From Lepidodermella squamata (Eukaryota; Animalia; Gastrotricha): DNA of 64,000 nt. Where the stretch lies: assembly GCA_047495785.1 (NCBI GenBank), contig JBLDXI010000020.1, positions 558,001-622,000 on the forward strand, given 5' to 3'. Made by a program: the position numbers and the translations under genes. The notes under the pieces were generated by a model. That model had not been told where the DNA came from and ran no database searches. It saw only the letters and a program-made list of their open reading frames with translations. Position 1 is the stretch's first letter. Every line of letters starts with the position of its first letter. Shown piece by piece: positions 61,311 through 64,000 of this stretch.

Positions 61311-61469
61311 CCGAAATCGACTTGAAAAAACTCAAATTTGTTAATGATTGATTCTATTGCTCAAATTCCTGTACTTTCACATTTGCTATAATCTTTTCGT
61401 AATAATTACAAATTACAAACATTAATTCATGCAAATTTGTTATTTCTTAGATAGGGTTTATAGGCTCAA

Positions 61470-63130
61470 ATGCCTCGCGAAGACATTGAGCCGTTGGTGG
61501 ATTCGTTAGTCGATGCAAATGCGTCATCGGCAATTACATTACTCATAAATGAGGAAGATAAGGTCCTGATAGTTGAACCTTTACCTGAAAACAACGAATC
61601 TGATGTCAACGTTTCAGATGGCAGGTGCTGCGGAGGTCTGCGAACCTACTGCAATATATTCCGCGATTTGGATAATCGAAGACGAATGATTCTGATTATC
61701 TCCTGTTTAATATCGTTTATGAGCACTGTAAATTTTTCGAAGTATCAATATGTTTTCACTTCTAACGTCATGATTTCTTTGCAGTTGTGCTATTCGATAC
61801 CTATATCGTTTCTACCGTTCTACTGTGACATGAAAGGAGTCAGCTCTGCGTTTGCAGTTGGAATGATTATAGGCTGCTACGAGCTGACTGTCTTCATTTT
61901 CAGCATAATATTCGGCATGCTGATGCCTAAAATTGGCATTTGGTTCATGTTTATCGCTGGAGTACTTGTTGAAGGCTTTTGCGTTGCCTTATTTGGTGTT
62001 CTCGCCTGGTGTCCTGGCGGTCAAGTTTTCTTGATAATGGCCGTGCTCGTCCGCTGTTTTCAGGCGATAGGCTGTTCTATGTGCGTAACGGCGGCTTTTG
62101 CGGTTATTGCCAAAGAATTTCCGGCAAACACAGCTACGTTTATCGGATTTATCGAACTTTTCGAAGGCTTGGGTTTCATGTCTGGACCACCAGGTTGGCC
62201 ATTTCAGTATCAAATGTATAGTTACTAACTAAATTGACGATTTCTAGTCGGAGGTGGTCTATACCAGCTCGGCGGATTTCCTCTCCCGTTTTTCGCAGCC
62301 GGCGGATGTCTGCTATTATTCGGCATTTTAGCTCAGATTACACTCAGCTGTGGCGAACGAAGCCCTGACGCCCCCGAGGAGGAACAACCAATAAGTCTAA
62401 AAAGCTTCTTTTCGAACGGCGTTGTCATTTTAAGCGGTCTCTTCGCGGTTTCAAGTGCAATTCTCGTGACGAGTTATGATCCCAGTCTTCCGCAAGAGCT
62501 AGGTAAGATCCGTAAAGCCATTAAATTTTGTGACTTAAATTTTGCAAATTTAGCCAATCGTGATTCTATATTTCTAAATCTATCCCTTGTTGGCCTTGTG
62601 TTTTTCCTCGACTCGGTAACTTATGCTCTCGTGTCGCCGGTTGTTGGCTACATTTCTGACAAAACTAATAAAAATTTCCTTCTTGTGGTAAATTTTGACT
62701 GTGGACATTGAACTTGGTCTAAATTGAGTTATACTCACAGGCTATCGGACACATCGGATTTTTAGTCGCTTATCTGCTAATGGGACCACTGCCATGGCTG
62801 CCCATTCCGAGTAACGAATTCTGGCCTATTATTTTAGCTGTTACCTTGGTTGGAATCTCTGTCTCCTTCGGTTTCATGCCAACTTTCCCAGCCATGATCG
62901 AAGCATGCGAGAAAGCCGGCATGGAGAAAAATACTGCGCTACTTGGCCTGGTGTCCGGTTTTTTCTCGTCAGCGTCTAGCTTCGGCTCGTTTATTGGGCC
63001 ATTGCTTGGTGGCTATTTGACCGATACCCTTGGGTTTGCTTGGGCAAATTCCGTTATGTGCTTGTTTCCGATTTTTAACCTATTGTGCCTTGCTATATAT
63101 GCGGTTCATTCTAAAATTTCGGTGCATTGA
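61470..63130 (+). CDS. SLC18B1: MFS transporter, SLC18B1-like (copy 1), 5 exons
   Basis: GMIIGCYEL, KIGIWFMFIAG, VRCFQAIGCS, IAKEFPAN..ELFEGLGFMSGPP|VGGGLYQLGGFPLPFF, SFGSFIGPLLGGYLTDTLGF. Confidence 0.85.
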
Positions 63131-63389
63131 TTTTGTATGGCTTGAGCTCATCACTGCTATACAACTTTCAAATATCGCATACTCCTGCTCTACTGGTGTT
63201 ATTTTCACAATCAGAATCGATTGGTCTTTATTTTATTTCAACGCTTTAAAGAGTCTCTTTGAAAACGAATCCGCTTATTTAAAACTTACGTCCCTTCCTA
63301 GTTTAGGTGGAAAAGTCATTAATTCTAGTTTTATTTGGCAATGAAGGTCTAGGCAATCGGTCGAACACCAGATTGGGATTATAATAGGG

Positions 63390-64000
63390 ATGGCAGCGAT
63401 TGACGACGACGAAAGCGTGCCGATTCGGGAACCTGAAGACGCACTGATCAATGCCGCAATCGTCGAAGCCCCGCCTCAAGTCGCTGTCGTCGATCCTAAT
63501 GCTAGCAATTCACAAAACGCTTCTTTCATCGCTTTGTTCAGGGAGATGACATGGCGACAGCGTATCACAGTATTCACGGCTGCTTTCGTCAATTTTACTG
63601 CTCTTTGTTGCTTTTCTATGATGGCCCCGTTTTTACCCCTTGAAGCGACTGCTAAGGGTAGGCGACCCCAAAATAAACATTTTCAGTGTTTTTCATTGAA
63701 ATGATGTAACAGGAATAAATGACACAACAGTCGGCATAATATTCGCTTGCTTTCAGTTCGTCATGTTCGTATGCAGCATTATCTTCGGCCGCTATATCAC
63801 GGCGATCGGTGCGAGATTCATGTACATCGGCGGAATATTAATTGGCGGGTCGTGTACGATACTGTTTGGATTTCTCGAATGGTGCCCTCCCGGTATGACC
63901 TTCGCCGGGATGGCTATAGCCTGCCGCACTGTCGAAGCCATCGGCTGCTCGATGAGTCAAACTGCGTCGACAGCGGTTATCGCCAACGAATTTCCTGACC
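63390..64000 (+). CDS. SLC18B1: MFS transporter, SLC18B1-like (copy 2; truncated by window end)
   Basis: CFSMMAPFLPLEATAKG|INDTTVGIIFACFQ..IGARFMYIGG..LFGFLEWCPPG..RTVEAIGCS..IANEFP. Confidence 0.85.

Noticed and set aside
1-64000. Alternative genetic code, non-canonical or U12 introns, SL RNA, tRNA/rRNA genes
   Set aside because: The conserved genes I reconstructed read with the standard code and GT-AG introns; no SL RNA, tRNA or rRNA gene was recognisable by eye.

Overview
Gene-dense eukaryotic (animal) DNA from a very compact genome; a spiralian/invertebrate origin is inferred. Almost all introns are canonical GT-AG and about 43-65 nt, so the supplied ORF track fragments most genes. Reconstructed genes in order: unc-13/Munc13 (5' part, runs off the window start), DRC7, COG1, C3orf38-like, a hidden 3-exon 101-aa ORF, eIF5B, EXOSC6, endosulfine (ENSA/ARPP19), two tandem membrane-anchored beta-defensin-fold proteins, a TTC28-like TPR-CHAT protein, CCDC112, SRP9, RRP8, a TIR-less Toll-like LRR receptor, eEF2, Mint/X11 (APBA), CCDC73-like, and two tandem SLC18B1-like MFS transporters. 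Mobile remnants: a Penelope-like fragment with a minimal hammerhead ribozyme motif, two stacked LINE 3' ends, and possibly a BEL/Pao scrap. Strongest second-look signals: (1) co-oriented gene runs with 68-173 bp stop-to-start gaps and apparently unpaired 3' splice sites 16-24 nt before the downstream ATGs, i.e. candidate trans-spliced operons, one lying behind a perfect RFX X-box; (2) a tandem pair of membrane-tethered defensin-fold proteins ending in -CC; (3) an unannotated micro-gene inside the larger cluster. All protein identities come from motif recognition by eye; no database searches were run.
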